A DNA stretch of 62,896 bases from a virus (Duplodnaviria > Caudoviricetes): the IMG/VR virus record IMGVR_UViG_3300030202_001144, positions 1 through 62,896 of that record; one strand, given 5' to 3'. Positions 54,726 through 62,896 of the stretch are shown one piece after another. Every line of letters begins with the position of its first letter. The first letter of the stretch is position 1. The notes under the pieces are model-generated. The model saw only the letters and a program-made list of their open reading frames with translations. It had not been told where the DNA came from and ran no database searches. Position numbers and translations under genes: made by a program.

Positions 54726-55250
54726 ATGAAAAAAAGATTAGAAGAAATATTTAAGAATAATTATGGAGATATATATGCGGTGATCTATAATAAAACTAAG
54801 AACAAGCATTTGTCTCATGAAATAATACAAAGAACTTTCTTTAAATTATTAAATAGTAAATCTAAACCTAAAGATACTAAGCTATTGTCTTATGTTATAG
54901 TAGCCGCATGTACTACATTATTAGATCACTATCGTTCATTAAAAACTAGAAGAAAAAATCTAGATGATAATAGATATAATGAAAATATTTTAGACATAGT
55001 TGATAATAATCTTTCAATTGAAGACGTTATAATACTGAATAATAATAATAAATTAATCAAAAGATTAATTGATTCTTTATGTGATGACTTTAAAAAAGTT
55101 ATAATATATAAGTATTATAAAGAGATGACGTTTAAGCAGATAGCTGAGAAAACAAATGTAAGTATTAATACAGCTTTAGGCAGACATAGATATGCTTTAA
55201 ATAAATTAAGGAAATTATCATCCGGACTTAATATAAATAACTTTAGATAA
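54726..55250 (+). CDS. ECF-type RNA polymerase sigma factor
   Basis: Region 2 (EIIQRTFFKL..LLDHYR) and region 4 (MTFKQIAEKTNVSINTALGRHRYAL), as in Bacteroidetes ECF sigmas. Confidence 0.85.
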   Translation: MKKRLEEIFKNNYGDIYAVIYNKTKNKHLSHEIIQRTFFKLLNSKSKPKDTKLLSYVIVAACTTLLDHYRSLKTRRKNLDDNRYNENILDIVDNNLSIEDVIILNNNNKLIKRLIDSLCDDFKKVIIYKYYKEMTFKQIAEKTNVSINTALGRHRYALNKLRKLSSGLNINNFR

Positions 55251-55253
55251 TAT
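55224..55253 (+). promoter_or_regulatory. Class 1 promoter P8 (probably leaderless)
   Basis: GGACTT-N16-GATAATAT overlapping the end of the ECF gene; ATG 6 nt after GATAAT. Confidence 0.8.
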
Positions 55254-55257
55254 AAAC

Positions 55258-55764
55258 ATGAATATATTTTATTTACATTCCGATCCAGTTAAAGCTGCAA
55301 CAGTACAATACAATAAGCATGTAGTTAAAATGATATTAGAATCAGCTCAAATGCTTTGTACAGCTCATCATCATTATGGCGCTGGTGATAATGTTCCTTA
55401 TAAAAAAGCACATTATAATCACCCTTCAACTATATGGTGTAGGCAAAACGATAAACAATATATGTGGTTGTTTAATCACATGTTAGCATTAGGAGCAGAG
55501 TATACTAAACGATATGGTAAAAAACATGTATCAATAGATAAATGCTTTGGTCCATTATCTTTTTTACCTCCTAATATACCAACAGATCAAGAATTTACAG
55601 AACCTCCACAGTGTATGCCTGATAAATATAAAGTTCCAGGTTGTAGTATTACAGCTTATTGGAATTATTATGAAGGTGAAAAATATATTGTAGCTAATAA
55701 AAACGAAATGTTAATAACAAGACCCAAAGAATATGAGACGAAAATTATATCAACACTTAATTGA
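55258..55764 (+). CDS. Pyrimidine-dimer DNA glycosylase (DenV/endonuclease V)-like protein
   Basis: MNIFYL...KHVVKMILESAQML...HYNHPSTIW. Confidence 0.75.
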   Translation: MNIFYLHSDPVKAATVQYNKHVVKMILESAQMLCTAHHHYGAGDNVPYKKAHYNHPSTIWCRQNDKQYMWLFNHMLALGAEYTKRYGKKHVSIDKCFGPLSFLPPNIPTDQEFTEPPQCMPDKYKVPGCSITAYWNYYEGEKYIVANKNEMLITRPKEYETKIISTLN

Positions 55765-55817
55765 AACTAATTATAGAAACATTGCATCAGCAATTAAACA
55801 ATTTAAAAAGAAACGTA

Positions 55818-56096
55818 ATGACAGAAAAAGAACTAAATAGACTAGCAGATTTAATTGTAGAAAAATTAATTGGTGCTCAAGAAGAGAATGATGCTCAGTT
55901 TAAAAAAGAATTAGCTGAGATACAGGCTTTAAATCCTAACTTAGAAATAGGTACGATTACACAAGAACAACTTATTAAACAAGAAATAGAACCATTAGAA
56001 GAATTAATGGCAGAACAAATAGCTAATGAAGAATATCTTGAAGCTAAAAAGACTCATGATAAAATTGAAGAGCTTAAAAAGAAATACAAACTGTAG
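55818..56096 (+). CDS. Coiled-coil protein with UVR-like C-terminus
   Basis: EEYLEAKKTHDKI motif; start moved to MTEKEL. Confidence 0.55.
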   Translation: MTEKELNRLADLIVEKLIGAQEENDAQFKKELAEIQALNPNLEIGTITQEQLIKQEIEPLEELMAEQIANEEYLEAKKTHDKIEELKKKYKL

Positions 56097-56131
56097 TACG
56101 CATAGTAATGTGTATAGCATAATGTAGCATT

Positions 56132-56746
56132 ATGAATGAACGTAATATTAACTGGTTAATTGAACGCAGGATTATATTTAGACGAGATCCTATAAACGAT
56201 AAACCAACTATTGAAACCCATCAGTATAAATACTATGAAGACGGGACGTATGAGTGTTATCATTTATTTAATAGTAAATCTAAAATTACTACATATAAAT
56301 CATTAAAGTGGCATTTATTTGTATTATACTATCTTAATATGGATAACATAATAAACTCTGATTTTGTTACTGTAGCTAGATTTATTGCTGATAAACAAAA
56401 TGGTTTTGTTACATTTTTTATTAAGAATAAATTATTAGAAGAAATAATTGGAGATGTATTAATGCAAGGTGGTGATCCTCCAAAAAATAAGCTTAGAAAG
56501 ATAATATTTAAGATGTCAACGGGGTTATCTACTAGGGAAAAGCTATCAATAGTAGGTAAACTAATTGGTAGAAGTAAATTAGATAAAGAAACAATATATC
56601 AAGGTATGATTGATATAAATTCTGATGGTGTAAGAATAACTACGCGTTGGTTAGCAGAGCTATTAGGTGTTTCACAAAGAACAATACATAGACATATGTG
56701 TGAAGATCTTAAAAGAGAAAAAAAATTGATGAATGAAGAGTTATAA
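56132..56746 (+). CDS. DNA-binding protein with C-terminal HTH
   Basis: TTRWLAELLGVSQRTIHRH. Confidence 0.7.
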   Translation: MNERNINWLIERRIIFRRDPINDKPTIETHQYKYYEDGTYECYHLFNSKSKITTYKSLKWHLFVLYYLNMDNIINSDFVTVARFIADKQNGFVTFFIKNKLLEEIIGDVLMQGGDPPKNKLRKIIFKMSTGLSTREKLSIVGKLIGRSKLDKETIYQGMIDINSDGVRITTRWLAELLGVSQRTIHRHMCEDLKREKKLMNEEL

Positions 56747-57482
56747 TGTATCTAATTACATCAGGTATAAAGAAGATTTAAAACAATCAATGCCTGAAGA
56801 TAAGTTCTATGATTATTATACACGAGATGAACTTATTATAAAGTTTCTACCATTAGTTGAAACAATGGCTAGAAAATTCTCTACAGATAGTAGAGCGTGT
56901 GGAGTATTAACTATAATGGATTTAATACAAGCTGGAGCTGAAGCATTAACTAGAGCTGTAGATAAATTAGATTGGTCATTACTAGAAGACTCAGAAGATA
57001 TTGAAAAGACTTTAAAAAGTTTTTTTAGCAAAAGAATAAAAGGACATATACGTAGGCGTATTGATATAGGTAGAGGAACTATGCGTATACCTGAACATAA
57101 ATTAAATGAAATACGTAGTAATCCAAGAGATAAAAAAATGGTTGCTATGTTTTTTAATAGTGTATTTTTATCTATAGATAAAGAATCAAGTGTAGATGAA
57201 AATATGGTTTATCAAATACCTGATAAATCAGAACCATATAATATACAGTTAATGAATGTATATTTAAAAAGTTTAATGCAGAAATATTTAGATTTTGCTG
57301 AATATGAAGTATTAAGATTAAGTTATGGTTTAGACTGTGATAAACATTCTGCTAAACAAATTGCAGAACTTTTAAACATAGTAGGACCGAGTGCTTATGT
57401 TAGAATTTCAGAGCTAAAAAAGCAGGCGGTACAAAAACTTATAGACAATGTAGATCACTCGCAAGTGCTTGATTATCTGTAA
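56733..57482 (+). CDS. Sigma-70 family (RpoD/SigF-like) sigma factor
   Basis: LPLVETMARKF, DLIQAG..L.RAVDK, MRIP, VLRLSYGL, IAELL...RISELKKQAVQKL. Confidence 0.85.
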   Translation: MKSYNVSNYIRYKEDLKQSMPEDKFYDYYTRDELIIKFLPLVETMARKFSTDSRACGVLTIMDLIQAGAEALTRAVDKLDWSLLEDSEDIEKTLKSFFSKRIKGHIRRRIDIGRGTMRIPEHKLNEIRSNPRDKKMVAMFFNSVFLSIDKESSVDENMVYQIPDKSEPYNIQLMNVYLKSLMQKYLDFAEYEVLRLSYGLDCDKHSAKQIAELLNIVGPSAYVRISELKKQAVQKLIDNVDHSQVLDYL

Positions 57483-57491
57483 GTTAAGCAT

Positions 57492-57520
57492 GTAAATATT
57501 AATTAAAACATGTGATTATA
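57492..57520 (+). promoter_or_regulatory. Class 2 promoter GTAAA-N15-GTGATTATA for the replication genes
   Basis: Exact consensus directly after the sigma-70 gene. Confidence 0.7.
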
Positions 57521-57545
57521 ATAATAACGCTTAAAAATAACACGA

Positions 57546-58058
57546 ATGACAATTAACGAAAAATTAGCGACAATCCAAACAAAGTTTAAATCGAAGAAAA
57601 GTAGATTTAACTCCTTCGGCAAATATTACTTTCGCTCTGCTGAAGATATTCTAGAAGCAATTAAACCCTTTATTAAGGAGCTCGGTGTAACAGTAGTAAT
57701 CAACGAAGAATTAGTTGATACAGCGGTAATTAAAACAACTGCAACTGTAACTGATGGTAAAGAAACAATTAATTCTACAGCTATAGTAGGTGTAGATTTA
57801 GATCAGAAAGGTATGCAAATGCCTCAACGATACGGTTCAGCATCTAGTTATGGTAAGAAATATGCATTAGGTAATTTATTTCTTATTGATGACACTCAAG
57901 ATAGTGATGCTACTAATACTCACGGTAAAAAATCTAAAAATAAATTAACTGATATTATTGCAGCTAAAAATTATTTAGTAAACGGTGGTAAATTAGAAAC
58001 AATAAAAAACAAATACGACTTGACAGCTGCTCAAGAAAAAGAATTAAATACATTATAA
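57546..58058 (+). CDS. erf: ERF-family ssDNA annealing protein
   Basis: FNSFGKY.FRSAEDILEA.KP; Q..GSASSY.KKYAL..LFLIDD..DSD. Confidence 0.9.
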   Translation: MTINEKLATIQTKFKSKKSRFNSFGKYYFRSAEDILEAIKPFIKELGVTVVINEELVDTAVIKTTATVTDGKETINSTAIVGVDLDQKGMQMPQRYGSASSYGKKYALGNLFLIDDTQDSDATNTHGKKSKNKLTDIIAAKNYLVNGGKLETIKNKYDLTAAQEKELNTL

Positions 58059-58059
58059 T

Positions 58060-58467
58060 ATGAAACAAAAAGCAAAAGCAATAATATATTTAACACTATT
58101 TGCGTTATTTATATGTGGAGAGATTACAGCTCAAGACTTTAATGGTTCTTGGGGCACAGATCAAAGCAACTATTATTTAACTATTAAAGATAAAGAGTTT
58201 ATTAGTTATAAGTTTGTTCCTTATGAAGATGAAGATGGTTGTATAAGTTGGAAAAAAGTTTATTCACCTGGAATAGAAGAGTTTTTAAAAAAAGAAGACA
58301 ACGTGATTGTAACTAATTACTGGGTAGATGAAAACAAATACTATGTTAAAGTAACATATACTTTAGTAGGTGATAATGATTTAAGTGCAGAATTTAATGG
58401 TAAATTAAAAGGAGATTTTTATTACAAAGTTGTTAACTATAAAAGAATGAAACTTGAAAGTAGATAA
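58060..58467 (+). CDS. Secreted lipocalin-like hypothetical protein
   Basis: Signal peptide ending ITA|Q; FNGSW motif. Confidence 0.55.
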   Translation: MKQKAKAIIYLTLFALFICGEITAQDFNGSWGTDQSNYYLTIKDKEFISYKFVPYEDEDGCISWKKVYSPGIEEFLKKEDNVIVTNYWVDENKYYVKVTYTLVGDNDLSAEFNGKLKGDFYYKVVNYKRMKLESR

Positions 58468-59185
58468 AATAATAGAAAAACTTAAAGATGATGAACACTA
58501 TTACGGAGAGTTTGGTAAACAATACTTAAGTAATAGTGACATCAAAACTTTATTGACTAACCCATTAGCTTTAGGTCAGCCTTCTGAACCGAGGGCTGCG
58601 TTTCTAGTTGGCGGATATTTTCACACCGCTATACTTGAACCAGATAAGTTGAAGAAATACCGAGTAATACCTTCGTCAACTAGAAACACTAAAGTATATA
58701 AAGAAATGTCAGGTGGTGAATTATGTTTACTACAACATGAAGTTGATTCGTTAGAACTAATGATAGATAAGGTTTTAAAGAATAAAATATGTAAAGATTT
58801 AATTAGAGGTATTAATGTAGAATATGAAAAACCAGGTATAAAAGAAATAGCTGGTAAAATGTGGAAAGGTAAAGCTGATATTGTAAATCACGATGAAAGA
58901 TTAGTAGTTGATTTAAAAACAACTAATGATATTCAAAAGTTTTCTAAGTCAGCATGGACTTACAATTACGATTCACAAGCTTATATATATAACTTATTAT
59001 TTGGTTATGAGTTTGTATTTGTAGTTATAGATAAAAACACGCATCAAATAGGGTTATTCGACTGTTCACCCGAATTTTTAGAGCGTGGTAAAGATAAAGT
59101 AGAAAGAGCAGTTGAACAATACAGTCTGTTTTTCGAGACAAAAGGTTTTGAACCAGATCAGTATTTTATTAATAAAACATTATAA
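58454..59185 (+). CDS. PD-(D/E)XK exonuclease, RecE/DUF3799-like
   Basis: FHTAILEP, KGKAD, VDLKT, Y..QAY.Y motifs. Confidence 0.85.
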   Translation: MKVDKIIEKLKDDEHYYGEFGKQYLSNSDIKTLLTNPLALGQPSEPRAAFLVGGYFHTAILEPDKLKKYRVIPSSTRNTKVYKEMSGGELCLLQHEVDSLELMIDKVLKNKICKDLIRGINVEYEKPGIKEIAGKMWKGKADIVNHDERLVVDLKTTNDIQKFSKSAWTYNYDSQAYIYNLLFGYEFVFVVIDKNTHQIGLFDCSPEFLERGKDKVERAVEQYSLFFETKGFEPDQYFINKTL

Positions 59186-59186
59186 T

Positions 59187-59507
59187 ATGGCATCAATAAT
59201 TAGAGCTAGTATTAATCTTACTAATGTAGATAAAACTAAAATTATCAACGGTAAAAAAGGTAAATACTTACCTATTGTATTGACTTTAAACGATGAACCA
59301 GATCAATTTGGTAATCAAGGTCCTATTACAATAGCACAAAGCAAAGAAGAAAGAGACGCTAAAGAAGCTAAAACTTATTTAGGCAATGTACAAGTGGTTT
59401 GGACTAACGGTAATAATGTAGAAGTTGCTCCAAAAGATAATAACCAACAACCAGTTAAAGCAGCTGTAGTTGCTCCTGACGCGGTTGAAGATGATTTACC
59501 ATTTTAA
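59187..59507 (+). CDS. ssb: Single-stranded DNA-binding protein
   Basis: GKKGKYL...DQFGN core and acidic DDLPF tail. Confidence 0.75.
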   Translation: MASIIRASINLTNVDKTKIINGKKGKYLPIVLTLNDEPDQFGNQGPITIAQSKEERDAKEAKTYLGNVQVVWTNGNNVEVAPKDNNQQPVKAAVVAPDAVEDDLPF

Positions 59508-59510
59508 AAT

Positions 59511-61223
59511 ATGACAGAAACATACGAGATCAATGGATTTGTAATTGATACATTCAATCAATATAATCTAGAGCAGAAGAAACAGGGTGTATGTCCTCTT
59601 TGTTCTCATGATAGAAAACCTGAAAATCGTAAGAAGAAATGTGCTTCATACGACTGGGAACGTGGTCTTGGTACTTGTCATAATTGTAATACTACTTTTC
59701 AATTACATACCTATCAGCGTAAAGGCGCTAGTGATAGAGAATACGTTAGACCAGTAGATAATACTGATTATAATATACCAAGAACTAAAGTTGCTGAATG
59801 GTTTAAAAGTAGAGGCATTTCAACAGATACACTTGTCAATTTACAAGTTGGAGAAGGTTTAGAGTATATGCCTCAAACTGGTAAGAAAGAAAATACAATA
59901 CATTTTACTTATCATGTAGGTGATCAGCTTATAAATATAAAATATAGAGATGGACGCAAAAACTTTAAACTATATAAAGGTGCTGAAAAAGTATTTTATA
60001 ATATAAATAGTATTGTAGGTTATGACAGTTGCATTATAACTGAAGGTGAAATGGATGTATTAGCATTACATGAAGCTGGAATTAAAAACGCAATATCAGT
60101 TCCTAATGGAGCTACACTTAGTCACAATAACTTAGATTATCTTGATAACTGTATTGATTACTTTGAAGATAAAACAAAAATAATATTAGCAGTAGATACT
60201 GACGATCCTGGCTTAGCATTAAGATCAGAATTAGTTAGAAGATTAGGAGCAGAAGTATGTTACTTAGTAGATTTTGTAGACTGTAAAGACGCTAATGAAT
60301 ACTTACTTAAGTATGGTAAAGAAAAGTTACAAGAGGCGGTTTCTAAAGCTAGACCCTATCCTTTAGAAAATGTAACAACCTTTAAAGATATTGAAGGTGA
60401 CGTAACAGACTTTGTTAAACATGGTTTTAAACCAGGTTTTCAAGTTGGCCTTTCTAACTTTGATAACATATTTAGTACCTATACAGGACAATTTATAACA
60501 GTAACAGGTATACCTAGTTCAGGTAAATCAGATTTTGTAGATCAAATGGTTGTAGGTTATAATAAAAATTATAACTGGAAAACAGCTTTTGCATCTCCAG
60601 AAAATGCTCCTAATTATCTACATGCTCATAAGCTTATGCGTAAAGTATGGGGTGATATGCCTAGACGAGATGATATTGGCGGAGCTAAATGGAATGAGGT
60701 AGCTGAGCATGTTAATGATAATTTCTTTTTTATCGACATGGAAAAATATACTCTTGAATCTGTATTACGTAAGGGTGCAGAACTAGTTAAACGTAAAGGT
60801 ATTAAATGTTTAGTTATTGACCCGTTTAATAAAGTTAGAGATAAAAATGCTACATCACTAGATGTTAATATGTATACAATGGAATATCTAACAAAGATAG
60901 AAACATTTGCAAAAAAGTATGACGTACTAGTATTTATTGTAGCGCATCCAACTAAAATGTATAAAGATAAAGATGGCAAAATTGAAGAACCAACTATGTA
61001 CAATATTAAAGGTGGAGGGGAATGGTATGACGCGTCATATCATGGCCTTCTCGTACACCGCGACTATGTACTCAAGAATACTAAAGTCAAGGTGCTTAAA
61101 GTTAAGTTTCAAAATCTCGGAGAAAACGGAGCTGAAGCTTACTTTACATGGGAACCTAATTCGGGTAGCTTTGTACCACAAATAACTGATATGATTAACG
61201 AAGAAGCAATGCCTTGGGAATAA
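59511..61223 (+). CDS. Primase-helicase (T7 gp4/Twinkle-like)
   Basis: Zn finger, TOPRIM (EGEMD, DTD, KDANE), GIPSSGKS Walker A, IDP. Confidence 0.92.
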   Translation: MTETYEINGFVIDTFNQYNLEQKKQGVCPLCSHDRKPENRKKKCASYDWERGLGTCHNCNTTFQLHTYQRKGASDREYVRPVDNTDYNIPRTKVAEWFKSRGISTDTLVNLQVGEGLEYMPQTGKKENTIHFTYHVGDQLINIKYRDGRKNFKLYKGAEKVFYNINSIVGYDSCIITEGEMDVLALHEAGIKNAISVPNGATLSHNNLDYLDNCIDYFEDKTKIILAVDTDDPGLALRSELVRRLGAEVCYLVDFVDCKDANEYLLKYGKEKLQEAVSKARPYPLENVTTFKDIEGDVTDFVKHGFKPGFQVGLSNFDNIFSTYTGQFITVTGIPSSGKSDFVDQMVVGYNKNYNWKTAFASPENAPNYLHAHKLMRKVWGDMPRRDDIGGAKWNEVAEHVNDNFFFIDMEKYTLESVLRKGAELVKRKGIKCLVIDPFNKVRDKNATSLDVNMYTMEYLTKIETFAKKYDVLVFIVAHPTKMYKDKDGKIEEPTMYNIKGGGEWYDASYHGLLVHRDYVLKNTKVKVLKVKFQNLGENGAEAYFTWEPNSGSFVPQITDMINEEAMPWE

Positions 61224-61475
61224 ATGCCGAGAAAAAAGAAAGATGTAATGGGTCAATATATGCCTACTACAGAAGAGGTAAAAGCGTATGCTTGGTGTAT
61301 CAACAACATGATATATATATCACCATTCGCAACTGGCGAAGGGACTTGGTACATTGACATACAGATAAATAATAAGAAACATAGATCTCCACAGACATAT
61401 GGCTCTGTAGCTATATGGATTAAGATGTATGAGTATTACAAATATTATTATAATAAATATGCGAACAAAGTTTAG
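61224..61475 (+). CDS. Hypothetical protein
   Basis: ORF track. Confidence 0.65.
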   Translation: MPRKKKDVMGQYMPTTEEVKAYAWCINNMIYISPFATGEGTWYIDIQINNKKHRSPQTYGSVAIWIKMYEYYKYYYNKYANKV

Positions 61476-62112
61476 AAATGCAGAAGAAGCTTATAATTAT
61501 TTTCTTGATAAGATTATAATTGATGGTATACCACAAGGTGATACTAAAGCTTTATTTAATGTAGGTTTTACTATGGAAAAACCTATGGAAAATTATATAG
61601 TAAACGAAGAACGTAATTGGAAACTAAGATATGCTGAAGCTGAATGGGAATGGTATTTATCAGGTGATTCTAACATTGCTAAGTTAGGAGAAATATATGG
61701 TAAAGTACCTCAAATATGGGAACGTATGGCTGACAGTGAAGGATATGTTAATTCTAATTATGGCTGGCAATGGCAAAGAAAAGACCAAATAGATTATGTT
61801 ATTGCTAAATTAAGAAACCAAATAAAAACCAATAAACCAACAAGACATGCAGCGATTTCAATTTACGACGCTAAGGAGTGGCGCGAATATAGTAAAGATA
61901 CTCCTTGTACTTACGCAGTACAGTTTTATATACTACATAATAAATTAAATATGTGTGTTGTGATGCGTTCTAATGATCTCTGGTACGGCTTCTGTAATGA
62001 TCAGTATCAGTTTTCATCATTACAAAAAATGATTGCAGATACGTTGTCTATTGACGTCGGAACTTATTATCATTTTGCTCACAATTTACATTTGTATAAT
62101 AACAAACTCTAA
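61459..62112 (+). CDS. Thymidylate synthase superfamily, dCMP hydroxymethylase-like
   Basis: VNSNYGW, PCT..QF, MRSNDLWYGFCND (Asp at the specificity position), LHLY. Confidence 0.8.
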   Translation: MRTKFRNAEEAYNYFLDKIIIDGIPQGDTKALFNVGFTMEKPMENYIVNEERNWKLRYAEAEWEWYLSGDSNIAKLGEIYGKVPQIWERMADSEGYVNSNYGWQWQRKDQIDYVIAKLRNQIKTNKPTRHAAISIYDAKEWREYSKDTPCTYAVQFYILHNKLNMCVVMRSNDLWYGFCNDQYQFSSLQKMIADTLSIDVGTYYHFAHNLHLYNNKL

Positions 62113-62896
62113 TGTATTACATATATCATATACCAGGAAAAAAAATAGGTGTTACTCGTAATTTAAAAAACCGCGTTACATTAATGCAAGGTTATAAAAA
62201 AGGAGAATATGAGGTTTTAGAAACACATGAGGATATAGATTATGTATCTAAGAGGGAGTTAGAATTACAAAATGAATATGGATATAAAATAGATAATAAA
62301 TCATATAAAGAACTAGTTAATAAAAATAATAAAATGAACGTAAACGTAACAGAGCAAACTACTACGTTTCCATGTCCAGTTAATAAATTAAAAGGACAAT
62401 TGATGGATAACATAGGTATGATATGGCAGACACAACATGGTAAATTTATGTTAGACAAAGAAATGGTAAGATGGATAATGAAAAATGCTAGAGTATCTAT
62501 GTATAATAATGACAGAAGTTATATATACAATAAAGCATTAGCTGAATGGTTTAATGATCAAAATGCTTTAGACACATTATTAGATTATGCAGAAGGTATA
62601 GATAGAATAGAAATATTTAATCAAATAAGATACTGGGCTAAGTCTAGAGGTTTGTTTGATAAAGGTGATGCTAAAACTCAATATATAAAGCTACAAGAAG
62701 AAGCTGGTGAACTAGCTAAAGCATTATTAAAAGATGATGAAGAAGAAGTTATAGATGCTATTGGTGATATGGTTGTAGTATTAACTAACTTAGCACACAT
62801 AAAAGGTGTTAGCATAGAAAGGTGTATAGCATGCGCTTATGATGTAATCAATAAGCGTACAGGTAAAATGATTAACGGAACATTTGTAAAAGATGA
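62112..62896 (+). CDS. GIY-YIG-like plus MazG-type NTP pyrophosphatase fusion (3' truncated; not in ORF track)
   Basis: Manual translation MYYIYHIPGKKIGVTRNLKNR...KLQEEAGELAKA...DAIGDMVVVL; frame open to the window end. Confidence 0.8.
   Translation, partial: MYYIYHIPGKKIGVTRNLKNRVTLMQGYKKGEYEVLETHEDIDYVSKRELELQNEYGYKIDNKSYKELVNKNNKMNVNVTEQTTTFPCPVNKLKGQLMDNIGMIWQTQHGKFMLDKEMVRWIMKNARVSMYNNDRSYIYNKALAEWFNDQNALDTLLDYAEGIDRIEIFNQIRYWAKSRGLFDKGDAKTQYIKLQEEAGELAKALLKDDEEEVIDAIGDMVVVLTNLAHIKGVSIERCIACAYDVINKRTGKMINGTFVKD

Noticed and set aside
49372-55253. CACGGACTT repeats as a CRISPR array or att sites
   Set aside because: Irregular gene-scale spacing, bipartite promoter geometry, no cas or integrase genes
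61459-62112. Plain thyA annotation
   Set aside because: Asp at the specificity position and T4 gp42-like motifs point to dCMP rather than dUMP
1-62896. Stop-codon reassignment as in some crAss-like phages
   Set aside because: Genes are intact and densely packed under the standard code; no suppressor tRNA seen

Overview
AT-rich window of a lytic tailed dsDNA phage with podovirus/crAss-like architecture. The host is most likely Bacteroidota (Flavobacteriia-like): starts are A-rich without Shine-Dalgarno sequences, signal peptides are followed by Gln, and the window carries a Bacteroidetes-type ECF sigma and a FISUMP domain. Layout: 3' part of nrdA (+, cut by the window start); a ~48 kb minus-strand late arm (1219-49075) with lysis/envelope genes, giant internal virion proteins, tail, MCP, portal, TerL, holin, small basic cargo-like proteins, GroEL/GroES and tail fibres; a divergent switch at ~49.1-49.4 kb; and a plus-strand early/replication arm with small ORFs, tRNA-fMet, two sigma factors, ERF, an exonuclease, SSB, primase-helicase, a dCMP hydroxymethylase-like enzyme and a GIY-YIG/MazG fusion. 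No integrase, CRISPR, reverse transcriptase or DNA polymerase is visible. Strongest leads: (1) three anticodon-less tRNA-mimic RNAs, one a 146-nt mini-tmRNA-like RNA with G3-U70; (2) a lipoprotein-like gene overprinted in the +1 frame of terL; (3) two strictly spaced promoter classes matching two phage sigma factors; (4) a compact T4-like cytosine-modification module; (5) a shared MAFK...P-x-K/R signature on many small late proteins; (6) a 91-nt GC-rich rod hairpin that folds on the strand opposite the late operon. All calls come from reading the sequence by eye; no searches or folding programs were run.
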